Part shown: piece after piece, positions 35,412-44,557 of the stretch
Layout: each line of letters opens with the position of its first letter
Position numbering within the stretch: position 1 is the stretch's first letter
Sequence record: OP729297.1
Direction: 5' to 3' (one strand)
Length of the DNA stretch: 64,000 nt
Notes under the pieces: generated by a model
Seen by the model: only the letters and a program-made list of their open reading frames with translations
The model's database searches: none
What the model was told of the DNA's origin: nothing
Program-made: the position numbers and the translations under genes

Positions 35412-36127
35412 ACTAACTTGCGATAGGCGCGCAGATGCTCTTGCGTCAGGCCGTGATCCCACGGCTGGGTAATGAATTTGAATACAGGCGTCATATCAAA
35501 CAGATTCGCTGTACCTGCTGTGTGTCTGTCAGGGTCAACCACGATCAGATTTCCACCGCTAAACAGCAGACGCGCCTTGGAATTTCTCATGCTCTCACCT
35601 GTGGCGTAATATTTCTCAAACACCACTGACGAGATTTCTTGGCGAGGACCTGAGTGAACATAGCCTTCAATCACACCCATAAAGTCACGCATATTGAGCG
35701 CATCGTCGATGTTAACGATCCACGCTTCTGGCATACGCAACTCAGTTTTTGCTGTTACCGGATCATGGTTGATCAAGAAGGCGCGGAGTTTGCGCAACGG
35801 TGCATAGAACAGGTCCTGCTCCGCTTTCGCCGTTATTGCTTTAGCCAGGTCAGTGTACGTAGCGTTTGGATCAGCCAGCATATGACCGAACGTATAAGCC
35901 AGAGGGTGTCTGTTTTCATACGTGTACTTCGGAGTATAGGTCCAAGTACCGTTGAGTAAATCAACACCCAACTCTTTTGTGGAGCGCAAGACCACACTAC
36001 TGTGCCTGTGCAGGTCAAGGGTGCTGTCCAGAATCTCAATGCTACCATCGAGAATCTGTTTGTAAATCAGGTCACCACTGTCAGGCAGCGGGCTCCCGAT
36101 GTTGATTTCCGATAATGGACTCGCCAT
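35402..36127 (-). CDS. Hypothetical protein
   Basis: 241-aa ORF within the co-oriented arm. Confidence 0.55.
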   Translation of the reverse strand: MASPLSEINIGSPLPDSGDLIYKQILDGSIEILDSTLDLHRHSSVVLRSTKELGVDLLNGTWTYTPKYTYENRHPLAYTFGHMLADPNATYTDLAKAITAKAEQDLFYAPLRKLRAFLINHDPVTAKTELRMPEAWIVNIDDALNMRDFMGVIEGYVHSGPRQEISSVVFEKYYATGESMRNSKARLLFSGGNLIVVDPDRHTAGTANLFDMTPVFKFITQPWDHGLTQEHLRAYRKLVNL

Positions 36128-36428
36128 TTACTTTACCTTCTGCAACGAGTTTGTTGAGTTCAGTGCGCAGTCTACGGCTCAATGACTTTGCACGGTTATC
36201 TTTAGGCAGCAAGTCTGCCATGCCGTTAGTATCAGTCCACGTCAGATGGCGTCGATAGATATCGTGGCAGATGCAGGACAGACTTGAACCATGAATACGA
36301 CGACCGCCAGTGCGCTTTGGTCCATAGTAGACGGTCTCTACTAGGCCAATCGCTGTACCTTCTTCTGCATCAACAACCATCTTGTGAATGACTGTCTCCG
36401 TCGTTATCAACCAGTCTTTGATACTCAT
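36081..36428 (-). CDS. Hypothetical protein
   Basis: ATG 36428 after a GGGG purine tract. Confidence 0.5.
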   Translation of the reverse strand: MSIKDWLITTETVIHKMVVDAEEGTAIGLVETVYYGPKRTGGRRIHGSSLSCICHDIYRRHLTWTDTNGMADLLPKDNRAKSLSRRLRTELNKLVAEGKVNGESIIGNQHREPAA

Positions 36429-36578
36429 GGCCATTCCCCTGAGCAAGCTCTGCATCTACAACACGGCTGATACACTGACCTGCTGGTGTACGTTCATTAT
36501 TAAGCACATCAAGAAAAACCTGTGTGCGTGTCGATACCGCATCAATTGGATGCTGCGGCAGAGATGGTGGATTGTTTG

Positions 36579-37229
36579 TCAACGACCGCGACCTTTAAAG
36601 TTCTGACGCTGAGGCTTCGCGCTGAAACGCTGATTGCCAGAGTGTCTGCCTACACGATTATGCGTCTGACGAACTGCTTTCAGATTAGGGTCAGGCTCTT
36701 TGCGTACACGAGGCGTATCAAGTTCGAAGAAGCCTGTGCTCTGTGAACATCGGGCCATCTTTTCGTTAATAGCCGCAATCTGGCCTGAGTCACGTACCTC
36801 ATAACCAGACTCAAGGGCCAGATGTTTAGCCAACGCAGTACCATGACCGTTAAGCACCAACACGATCTTCTTATCACGCGCAGCCGCGGACAGGTGCGCC
36901 ATGGAAAGAATCGTCTTCCCACCAACTTCGTGCCGATCACTGTCCAGCATCAGAGCCAGCAGCACAACGAAACGTGCTTCAAGCGTCTGCCCTTCCTCAA
37001 ACACAGCATCAGGCAAATCATCGCCTGTATGAGCCGCTCGTTCATCAGCAATAGCAGCATGGCCTTGTTCGAGATAAGGCTCAATCGCCTGATACGTCAT
37101 GGTGTTGGCGGTCTTGTCGTCGTGCGCATCATGAGCCAAACGAGCAGCTTCAATGTACGCACGACCACGCCAGTACGCTTCAACGTCTTTCGCAGTCAGT
37201 TCAAGCGCGGGCCCAGCAGCGTTCAGCAT
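36579..37229 (-). CDS. Hypothetical protein with basic C-tail
   Basis: AAGGAGG RBS before ATG 37229. Confidence 0.6.
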   Translation of the reverse strand: MLNAAGPALELTAKDVEAYWRGRAYIEAARLAHDAHDDKTANTMTYQAIEPYLEQGHAAIADERAAHTGDDLPDAVFEEGQTLEARFVVLLALMLDSDRHEVGGKTILSMAHLSAAARDKKIVLVLNGHGTALAKHLALESGYEVRDSGQIAAINEKMARCSQSTGFFELDTPRVRKEPDPNLKAVRQTHNRVGRHSGNQRFSAKPQRQNFKGRGR

Positions 37230-37584
37230 CTTGCCCTCCTTCCACACGAATCTCCACAGGCACCACGTTGTCGGCAACGATTGCTTCGGAGCTTTCGCCA
37301 ACAAAGAACACATCATTGCCGCGACGAATCAACTGCCAAACACGCACAGGCTCAAGGTTCATCGCCTCCTGCAGGTGCTCAGGCAGCTTCTGGCCAACAG
37401 TTGCGGCATACGTGCGGGTGTCACCTACTTCGTACACAGCGAACGTCACAGGCTGACTGTCTTTGGCGTACGGGCTGTTCGACGATACACCGTGCATGAA
37501 CATAATGCTTTTGTGGAAGCGACGTTCAGCGAACTCCTGTTCGTTCGCTACGTTCTCAAACAGATGCAGAGATAAGGCGGCCAT
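37201..37584 (-). CDS. Hypothetical protein
   Basis: GAGG RBS; 127 aa. Confidence 0.5.
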   Translation of the reverse strand: MAALSLHLFENVANEQEFAERRFHKSIMFMHGVSSNSPYAKDSQPVTFAVYEVGDTRTYAATVGQKLPEHLQEAMNLEPVRVWQLIRRGNDVFFVGESSEAIVADNVVPVEIRVEGGQDAERCWARA

Positions 37585-37930
37585 GATTCTTCCTCATGTG
37601 AATAGAAAGGCGGTGCGCGAGCAACTGATCATAATGAGTCATGTTCATGTTGCGCATATCGCGTAGTGTATTGGTTGCCACTGTCAAGACTTCACTGTCG
37701 TCGCAGATGGGCATGTAAATAAAACCGTCAACCCACTTAACAAGAGCGAACCACTCAGGCTCCTTGCGAGTGATCTTATCGCAGCGCATTACCACACGCA
37801 GATGACGTTTACGAAAACCCCACCAGCTAGTTTCGCTGACGGTCAATACCGCAGTAGCGTGTTTGTTTTTAACTTCCATGTTTTCAACCAACACGCTACG
37901 AGTTTTAAACGGAGGCAGCTTCATGTCCAT
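37556..37930 (-). CDS. Hypothetical protein
   Basis: GGAG RBS; 124 aa. Confidence 0.5.
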   Translation of the reverse strand: MDMKLPPFKTRSVLVENMEVKNKHATAVLTVSETSWWGFRKRHLRVVMRCDKITRKEPEWFALVKWVDGFIYMPICDDSEVLTVATNTLRDMRNMNMTHYDQLLAHRLSIHMRKNHGRLISASV

Positions 37931-38579
37931 ATGAATCTCCGATATGCAGCGTGTAGCCGTTGTAGTTCTGTGCTTCGGCCAGCGCGTTGTGGAAGTGGAT
38001 TAACAGGCTGTCTGGGCATTCGCGTTCAAGACGCTGCATATACTCCAGACAGTAGATACGGTGCTCGTCTGCCATTTTGTTGAAGATATCAGACAGCAGG
38101 AGAATCACTGCGGCACGAACGTCACCCTGAGCGCGAGTGAACATGCGAACCAGGAAGAACTTCTCTGCGATGTAACGTGCAGCATACGCAGGGTCAAGGT
38201 CGTAAACGTCTTTGCAGTTGTCATAGATATCACCGCACTTGAGCGTTTGCGCCTGATGGCTTGCTTGCAGCAATTTGATGACGTTACCCCAATACTTCTC
38301 GATACGCGGTGTACCTTCAGGGTATTCGTTGTTGGTTACTTCGAGTACCAGATCGGCAACCTGTGTACCGACCGTCAGTTCGAGAGCACTGTGACCGACA
38401 CCTGTGTCTTCGATAACGTCATGGCAGATCGCGGCGGCTTCGATCAGTTCACCAACGTGAAACTGAGACAACCACTGGCTAACACGAAGCGGGTGATTGA
38501 TGTACGGCTCGTTGGTGTACTTACGAATCTGACCAGAGTGAGCTTGTGTAGCGACAAGACGAGCAATGTTAGTAAGCAT
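37905..38579 (-). CDS. HD-domain phosphohydrolase of the RelA/SpoT-hydrolase (MESH1/small alarmone hydrolase) type
   Basis: AH.GQ.RKY..EPY.NHP; CHDVIEDT; V..LV.EVT; LKCGDIYDN. Confidence 0.85.
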   Translation of the reverse strand: MLTNIARLVATQAHSGQIRKYTNEPYINHPLRVSQWLSQFHVGELIEAAAICHDVIEDTGVGHSALELTVGTQVADLVLEVTNNEYPEGTPRIEKYWGNVIKLLQASHQAQTLKCGDIYDNCKDVYDLDPAYAARYIAEKFFLVRMFTRAQGDVRAAVILLLSDIFNKMADEHRIYCLEYMQRLERECPDSLLIHFHNALAEAQNYNGYTLHIGDSYGHEAASV

Positions 38580-39084
38580 GTTGTACCCACGGGTAGAGGT
38601 TATAGAGATCGCCACGCACGTATTTGATTTGTGCATGGTTATTGACGATACGGATTTCGAAGTACGTGTGCGATGGAGTGCTTGGCTCGTCTGCCCATAT
38701 GTTCACACGATCATCGTGAATATTATACAGGTCGTCTTCGCCTCGCATAACACCGATTACTTCATCCCGATGATCGATGTACGGTTCGAGCCAGTTGATA
38801 AATCCTACGAGACGGTCTGTGCCTTGAGCGCGACGAGAGAAGTTGGCACTGGTGCGGATATACGATACGACGCCAGAACCATGAATGAAGTTACGTTCAG
38901 GTACAACACCAGCAAAGCCTTCACTATCGCGGCAACCCAAAGCAGCACCAACATCAATACCGAGATGCAGGAAGTCATCAAACCCGTGTGGATTGTTGTG
39001 CCACTGCTTCAACATGCTGATAACCTCTTTGGGTGTATCAGGCTTCAAGCGAATGTTCCAGTCAACAACAAATGAATAGCTCAT
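38569..39084 (-). CDS. Hypothetical protein
   Basis: 171 aa, coupled to its neighbours. Confidence 0.55.
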   Translation of the reverse strand: MSYSFVVDWNIRLKPDTPKEVISMLKQWHNNPHGFDDFLHLGIDVGAALGCRDSEGFAGVVPERNFIHGSGVVSYIRTSANFSRRAQGTDRLVGFINWLEPYIDHRDEVIGVMRGEDDLYNIHDDRVNIWADEPSTPSHTYFEIRIVNNHAQIKYVRGDLYNLYPWVQHAY

Positions 39085-39410
39085 TATTCGTCCTCGTCTT
39101 CGTCAGCTTCGTCTTCACGTAACACTTGACCATTATCTTTGGCTTCTTCCATGAGAGCCTTCAATTCGTCAGTACGGTTCAACGCACGAATCAGGTCAGG
39201 AACGTATTCAAACCCACGCGTCTTTTCTTCAAGCAGATAACGGGCCGCGTCAATATCACGCAGGCTGCCGTACAGACGCGCCTCAACCGACTTGCCGTTA
39301 CCATCTTTGTGCTCCAGACCAAACTGCTGTGCCTCAATAGCAAGGGCTGAGGCCTCAGTACACTTCTGAGCAAACATAGAAAGAGCAAACTGCAATTCTG
39401 TCATAGCCAT
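39084..39410 (-). CDS. MazG-like helical protein (degenerate)
   Basis: KCTEAS...FGL...ARL...DI.A resembles the EECAEV..K..RFGL family, but with the acidic residues replaced. Confidence 0.3.
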   Translation of the reverse strand: MAMTELQFALSMFAQKCTEASALAIEAQQFGLEHKDGNGKSVEARLYGSLRDIDAARYLLEEKTRGFEYVPDLIRALNRTDELKALMEEAKDNGQVLREDEADEDEDE

Positions 39411-39439
39411 AATAGGTCCTTATTCTTGGTATAGTGGTT

Positions 39440-40006
39440 CTATGCTTTATTTACAGATTTCAACATAGCCAGTGTTTCGTTGACCACACCCATGGTATCG
39501 AGCATAGCTTGCCTGTGGTTGGCCAGTTCTACACGCAGACGCTCAAGGGTGGTCTTTAGGGTACGCAGTCTATTGCGTCCCGTGGGTGCTGGGTAGAATC
39601 GAATCTTCTCTGTGCAGGAAGCCAGTTCGAAATAGATGGTGGCCTCTTTTGGCGTAACTGAATAGCAGAAAGCAACACTGCCTGTGGCTCCTGTCTCAAT
39701 CGGGTTCAACCACTCACGGCAATGGCCAGTGTTAGTCGTACCCAACAGATCCATGAACGCATTCAGGCAGTCGATGATTTTGGTCAGCTTGTCGATGTAT
39801 AACTGATCGCAGTTATCGCGTATCGCCTCGGTTGCATCTAGTGTGTGAATCACAACGTAAGAATCTCCCCACGCCACAGCGAACTGCCCGTAAGCAGTAC
39901 CGCTGAATGGACTCACGTACACCTCCCAATTAACGGCTCTTAGCGACGGACTTTTTGCGAGAAACTTTCTTCCCGTCTTTTTGACTATTGGCTTTGGCTG
40001 CTGCAC
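39440..40006 (-). CDS. Hypothetical protein
   Basis: 188 aa. Confidence 0.55.
   Translation of the reverse strand: MQQPKPIVKKTGRKFLAKSPSLRAVNWEVYVSPFSGTAYGQFAVAWGDSYVVIHTLDATEAIRDNCDQLYIDKLTKIIDCLNAFMDLLGTTNTGHCREWLNPIETGATGSVAFCYSVTPKEATIYFELASCTEKIRFYPAPTGRNRLRTLKTTLERLRVELANHRQAMLDTMGVVNETLAMLKSVNKA
39450..39460 (-). promoter_or_regulatory. AAWCTGTAAA motif
   Basis: AAATCTGTAAA, 40 nt upstream of start 39410. Confidence 0.45.
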
Positions 40007-40355
40007 GACGACGTTTCCTGTAAGTGGCTTTTATACGCTCCCATTTACAGTTTGCATTGTATGCCCACTCTGCTGCTCTGGCCAACGCGTCACCATGACA
40101 ACGCTTTGGACTGCACCAACACCCAAGACGCTTGCCATAGAGTTCAAGCAAATGACCAATGCGTATCTCACCATCATATATCTTGAGCCACAAATCTATC
40201 TCATGTTCATCGCACACTCGGTCACGTTCGGCGACAGACTCATGGGTCATGTAGAACTTATTACCCCACTTAGTCTCACGGTCAATACGAACGTCATAGT
40301 CCTTATTGCCCTTACGCATACTGACTACGCGGGTCTTAGGTGCAAACGGTAACAT
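39930..40355 (-). CDS. DUF4326-domain protein
   Basis: IDR.TKWGN.F...L.GK.LGCWC.P..CHGD.L; AAGGAG RBS. Confidence 0.85.
   Translation of the reverse strand: MLPFAPKTRVVSMRKGNKDYDVRIDRETKWGNKFYMTHESVAERDRVCDEHEIDLWLKIYDGEIRIGHLLELYGKRLGCWCSPKRCHGDALARAAEWAYNANCKWERIKATYRKRRRAAAKANSQKDGKKVSRKKSVAKSR
40044..40054 (-). promoter_or_regulatory. AAWCTGTAAA motif
   Basis: CAAACTGTAAA, 38 nt upstream of start 40006. Confidence 0.4.
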
Positions 40356-40372
40356 GGTGCTCCTTAAACGCG

Positions 40373-40397
40373 AAAAGGGTAGCACGAGGCCACCCTT
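40373..40397 (-). terminator. Rho-independent terminator
   Basis: AAGGGTGGC-CTCGT-GCTACCCTTTT on the - strand. Confidence 0.75.
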
Positions 40398-40400
40398 GTT

Positions 40401-40616
40401 TTACATACCTCGCATATGCCTAACAACTTCATAGTCATCAGCAGTAGGCGAGTAGCCATAGAGAAAGACAACGGCAGCAACTGGTGCAATGCCTGTAGTG
40501 TAGATTGTTGCGCCACGTACCTGCATGTGCCGAACGAAATACACGTCATTACGATCTTCATTAACCAGTTGTGCGGGCAATACCTTGCCACGGAATACAA
40601 CCAGTATCGGCCTCAC
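40401..40616 (-). CDS. Hypothetical protein
   Basis: 71 aa, overlapping the ASCH gene stop. Confidence 0.5.
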   Translation of the reverse strand: MRPILVVFRGKVLPAQLVNEDRNDVYFVRHMQVRGATIYTTGIAPVAAVVFLYGYSPTADDYEVVRHMRGM

Positions 40617-41011
40617 TGTGATTTAGCCAGCTTACCGCCTATTACACAGTACGGTGTGTTGAAGAAACTGAGAGCGCCTTTGAAGCGGACAGGCTCAACG
40701 GCACGACAGTCTTTCAGTTGCAGGCCAACAGGACCGAAGAAGAATGGATCGTCTGATTTCGTTGTCGTACCACACAACGTTGCGTAACCGACGATAGAAC
40801 CGAGAACAAACTCATTCTTCTCAGGCAGCTTGATGTTCAGGCCGGCACAAATCTCAGATGCTATCAGCATGTCGTCATCGCTTGGTCGCTTCGAACTGGC
40901 GTGAATGAGAAAACGCCCGCGCTTCTTCGTGTCCCACGTACGGTTCTCAATCTTCTTGTGGCCTTGCGTGATCAACCACGCCCAGGGCTGGCGAATGGAA
41001 AGTGCTTTCAT
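40613..41011 (-). CDS. ASCH-domain protein
   Basis: KALSIRQPWAWLI..G.K.IENR.W....RG..LIHAS. Confidence 0.9.
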   Translation of the reverse strand: MKALSIRQPWAWLITQGHKKIENRTWDTKKRGRFLIHASSKRPSDDDMLIASEICAGLNIKLPEKNEFVLGSIVGYATLCGTTTKSDDPFFFGPVGLQLKDCRAVEPVRFKGALSFFNTPYCVIGGKLAKSQ

Positions 41012-41475
41012 TCTGCTTTCTCTCCTTCTTTGAGCACACGATATGACTGCGGCAGTTCTTCTGGCTTTTCAAAGATCAGATCTGCCATAGCACACGACTC
41101 CCAGCCGTCAGACAGTGCGCGATACTTCAAACGCAGTTGATTATCAGACGACACACCGATGATGATAATCGGGTAGATTACCCTATGCTGGTGGCCAACG
41201 AGAAAACGAACAGGCTCACGCTGTGAACTCAGGCGGCGCGCTTTCTTAACCAGACGACGACGTTCTGCTTTGCCTAAGCGTTCATTTTCAAGCATACGCT
41301 CGAACGGAGGACGTAGATGCGGATTGAAGTGTCGCGCATGTTTTTGAAGTTCGTTCATGGATTTCCCGAAGAAGCCTTCCCCGCAGTCGCGTTCACCGCA
41401 CTCTGCGTATTGTACAAGGGTGCGGTACACATCTTTATCCAGCACCACAACCTTTTCATCAGTGTTACGTTCCAT
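41008..41475 (-). CDS. Hypothetical protein
   Basis: 155 aa. Confidence 0.55.
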   Translation of the reverse strand: MERNTDEKVVVLDKDVYRTLVQYAECGERDCGEGFFGKSMNELQKHARHFNPHLRPPFERMLENERLGKAERRRLVKKARRLSSQREPVRFLVGHQHRVIYPIIIIGVSSDNQLRLKYRALSDGWESCAMADLIFEKPEELPQSYRVLKEGEKAE

Positions 41476-41493
41476 AGTTTATTCTCGGTATAG

Positions 41494-41703
41494 TTAAAAA
41501 CGATTTAGTATCTTCTGATACGTACGGTTGGCAAACACAATGATTGGCCATGCGATGATCGCCGCAAACATGTGAACGGCAAGCATCAGCATTGTTCTGT
41601 TACGTCTGCGAAATGTGATTTCACCTAACAGGCTCATTGTCGCAGCGGCAGAAACGAGCAAACCTATTGTAACCCATGCAAAAGCGAAGTTGACTAGAAG
41701 CAT
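41494..41703 (-). CDS. Small two-TM membrane protein
   Basis: Two hydrophobic helices. Confidence 0.5.
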   Translation of the reverse strand: MLLVNFAFAWVTIGLLVSAAATMSLLGEITFRRRNRTMLMLAVHMFAAIIAWPIIVFANRTYQKILNRF

Positions 41704-41732
41704 ATTTTTCTCGGTATATGTTGATCGTACTG

Positions 41733-42140
41733 TTAGTTTACAGAAACTGATTTGACCTTGAAGTCCTTACCATCGAAGTCAAGTTCAGGAATGTCTCTGT
41801 ACTTACGACGCATGGCATCACGCCAATCGCTTATGCCTGTGTGACACTCATACGGCGTCATGATTTTACCGTTATGAATGTTCAACCGGTTTTCATAACC
41901 GAGAGCGCGTGTACGAACATACTCAACAGCCTCTGCCGTTTGAGGCAAGTCTGCACCACACCAGTCGTACACGTCAGTACAGGCGCGCATCATCGCTTCG
42001 TGCTGGCGCAGCTTGCGCTTGTTTGCGTCTGAGATAAACATCAAGCCTATCCAGTTCATTAGACGTTTAATCACAGCCGCTACCTCCGCTATATCCAGAA
42101 TCCGAACCACCATCGTATGCTGGGCTTGGATCAGGGTCAC
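41733..42140 (-). CDS. Hypothetical protein (start uncertain)
   Basis: 135-aa ORF; a downstream Met start is possible. Confidence 0.45.
   Translation of the reverse strand: MTLIQAQHTMVVRILDIAEVAAVIKRLMNWIGLMFISDANKRKLRQHEAMMRACTDVYDWCGADLPQTAEAVEYVRTRALGYENRLNIHNGKIMTPYECHTGISDWRDAMRRKYRDIPELDFDGKDFKVKSVSVN
41737..41747 (-). promoter_or_regulatory. CTGTAAA motif
   Basis: GTTTCTGTAAA, 34 nt upstream of start 41703. Confidence 0.35.
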
Positions 42141-42555
42141 TATGACGATGACTTGGCGTATGGTCTACGCGGCAGTTATCATCATACGAACGAATGGGTG
42201 CTGGTGCAACATAGGTTTCCCGCATCAGCATAGCCATTGTCAGATCATCCGACACAACGCGATTAGAAGTAGTCTGATTGATTGTCATGCCACGATTCAA
42301 CGGTTCAGGACGAGCTGCCGAACGTTGAGGCTGATATCGCTTGCGCGGCGCATCGACTACCACATGACGCTCTTTCTTACGCACAGGTTGATGCCCAGGA
42401 TGCAGAGCACGACGTAGACGTTCCTCGTCACGACGAATCTGATCTGCCAGACGTTCTTCCTGTGTAGCGTCCGCAATCGCATCCAGCTTTTCTTCAAAGG
42501 TCTTTTTGACCTGCGGTTTCTTCTTGCTGAATAAAGCCAACAGACGTTTTAGCAT
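42067..42555 (-). CDS. Hypothetical protein with low-complexity S/G/D C-tail
   Basis: Ends YDGGSDSGYSGGSGCD. Confidence 0.55.
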   Translation of the reverse strand: MLKRLLALFSKKKPQVKKTFEEKLDAIADATQEERLADQIRRDEERLRRALHPGHQPVRKKERHVVVDAPRKRYQPQRSAARPEPLNRGMTINQTTSNRVVSDDLTMAMLMRETYVAPAPIRSYDDNCRVDHTPSHRHSDPDPSPAYDGGSDSGYSGGSGCD

Positions 42556-42844
42556 TGTCGTTCCCCGTTTCGAGAATTACTTGGATCCTGCTTGGTCTGT
42601 TAATCTCCAAGCGCATAGTCAAGATGTTGTTTTCGAGATTGTACTGCGGATTGTTTGATTCATCGCAGACAACACGCATACCGCAATTGTGCGCAGCAAG
42701 CGACTTCGCTACGCCCTGAACGATATCACGGACGTGGCTTTTAATCGCTTCATCGCTGATATCGAGGCCTTCTACAGCGTTCTCATTAACACGCTTCGAT
42801 ATGTAGTCGGCCATTTGTTTGACTGCCTGTTTATCCTGCTCCAT
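42494..42844 (-). CDS. Small protein resembling an isolated tail-sheath C-terminal domain
   Basis: MRVVCDESNNP...ENN.L...I..P matches the sheath C-terminal F.V.CD..NN motif. Confidence 0.45.
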   Translation of the reverse strand: MEQDKQAVKQMADYISKRVNENAVEGLDISDEAIKSHVRDIVQGVAKSLAAHNCGMRVVCDESNNPQYNLENNILTMRLEINRPSRIQVILETGNDNAKTSVGFIQQEETAGQKDL

Positions 42845-42852
42845 GTTAACCC

Positions 42853-43512
42853 CTATGATTGAACGGTGTGGAGTTCACGTTTGACACGACTGAATACTTC
42901 CCAGCAAATCTCGCCGTACGCCTTGTCTGAGTCTTCATGCAGATCGACATACTGGCCGCGTTCTGGATTCTCCAGCACTGCGTACTTGACGTTAGCTGTC
43001 AGGTAGATGTACGAGAAGTGGTTAAGGGTGATAGTAAGATTACGGAAGCGCCCATCTTCGTACACGTTGCCCAACACCGCGAAATAATCGCGTTCTTCTT
43101 TGCTTGCGTTAACCCCTGGTGCTTCGGCTTGTGACCAGAAGATGTGTGCAGGCGCAAGATCTCCCTGTGCAGCCAAGAACTCGCGCAGCTCTTTGTTCAG
43201 CGTACGGAACATCTCCCGTGTAGTTGGAAAGTCACCATCATACACATCAAGATCAATTTCAGGCAGCATCACTGGCCCGTAGCGCTCGTCGAGTTTGATT
43301 TTAAACGGGCACTTCGATACGACACCTACAAGGGCCATGCGAGATAGACGCAAGAAGTCATACTCCTGACTTCCGTTAAAGCCTGGGTAGAAGATACGAA
43401 TGCCGTCCGTTGTATCTTTGACTTCGAAGCCTTGTTTTTCTGCTTCGCTTTTCATCTCATTAACGAGATTTACCACAGCCACAGTGGCCAGTTGTACGTG
43501 CTCAAGATTCAT
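42853..43512 (-). CDS. Hypothetical protein
   Basis: 219 aa; GAGAG RBS. Confidence 0.6.
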   Translation of the reverse strand: MNLEHVQLATVAVVNLVNEMKSEAEKQGFEVKDTTDGIRIFYPGFNGSQEYDFLRLSRMALVGVVSKCPFKIKLDERYGPVMLPEIDLDVYDGDFPTTREMFRTLNKELREFLAAQGDLAPAHIFWSQAEAPGVNASKEERDYFAVLGNVYEDGRFRNLTITLNHFSYIYLTANVKYAVLENPERGQYVDLHEDSDKAYGEICWEVFSRVKRELHTVQS

Positions 43513-43543
43513 ATTGATTCTCTCTTTGTTTGTGTATCAGATA

Positions 43544-43554
43544 TTTACAGTATT
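43544..43554 (-). promoter_or_regulatory. AAWCTGTAAA motif
   Basis: AATACTGTAAA, intergenic, just after a terminator and 32 nt upstream of start 43512. Confidence 0.55.
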
Positions 43555-43561
43555 CAGATAC

Positions 43562-43586
43562 AAAAATGGGCGGCCGAAGCCACCCA
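43562..43586 (-). terminator. Rho-independent terminator with UUCG loop
   Basis: TGGGTGGC-TTCG-GCCGCCCATTTTT on the - strand. Confidence 0.85.
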
Positions 43587-43593
43587 CAGGGTC

Positions 43594-44499
43594 TTACTTA
43601 GAACGAGGAATCTCGCTCAGGTTTTCATGCGCACAGCTAACACGCCCAGTAACAGTGCCTTTAGAACGGAAGGCGCTTAGGCGTTTATCCTGTTCATGGA
43701 TATACTGACCTAAGAAGTTACGTGCCGCGTCTTTGTTGCTGTCGCCACACAGCACACCGTTGAGATGTGCTTCGTATGCAGCGTCGAACAGATCGTTGGA
43801 GATTGGTACAGCGGTAGGCTCGAATGCGATTGAGTTGGCTGTAATAACCAGCTCTGCGTCGCAGTCGATAGCCACAGTGCCATCACCTTTAATGGTGAGC
43901 GCTACATCACCTTTCTCAGAATCGAGAACGGTTTCAGGCCAACCACCAACAGGTTTCAGATAGATGCTGTCGATATTGCTCAGAGTATCACGCACCAGAC
44001 GGCCGTTTTTAACACGACCATCTTCATAATAAGCACGTTGAATGCTCACTTCGTACAGCACTTTACCTTCGACGTAGGTAACGCCAGTAACCATAACAGG
44101 AATGTTGAACTTATCCTGTTCGCCAGTTCCTTCGAGGTCGATATCAACTTCGACAAGCTGACCAGGAATGAACTGCGTGTTACCTGAGTACGCTTCGTCA
44201 GGACGCTCGAACTTACCAACATGGCCGATGTGATCGATATACTGACGATCAAGAATCGGCTTCAAGTCCTGCGCAATGAAACCATCAACAGGACGACCCT
44301 GGTGCAAGAACGCAGATGGGTTCGACTCTGGTCCATCGTTAACGAATAACGACACGCGATACAGACGCTGACGTCCGTAGAACATCACACCTTCGATAAC
44401 GCCGTAAGGTACTTTGTTCTGACCAAAGTTATCGAGAGACAGTAACGCCATCTCACCGATTGCGAACGCACTGCTATAAGACACATGTTGCTTTGACAT
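43594..44499 (-). CDS. Hypothetical protein with two SH3/KOW-like repeats
   Basis: F.IGE...GVIEGV.FY...LYRVSL and FIPGQ...VMVTGVTY...LYEVSI. Confidence 0.55.
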   Translation of the reverse strand: MSKQHVSYSSAFAIGEMALLSLDNFGQNKVPYGVIEGVMFYGRQRLYRVSLFVNDGPESNPSAFLHQGRPVDGFIAQDLKPILDRQYIDHIGHVGKFERPDEAYSGNTQFIPGQLVEVDIDLEGTGEQDKFNIPVMVTGVTYVEGKVLYEVSIQRAYYEDGRVKNGRLVRDTLSNIDSIYLKPVGGWPETVLDSEKGDVALTIKGDGTVAIDCDAELVITANSIAFEPTAVPISNDLFDAAYEAHLNGVLCGDSNKDAARNFLGQYIHEQDKRLSAFRSKGTVTGRVSCAHENLSEIPRSK

Positions 44500-44557
44500 A
44501 GTACATACCTTTTAGGTAGAGGGTGTAGTCACGTTTGTGCTACACACCGAATGCCGA

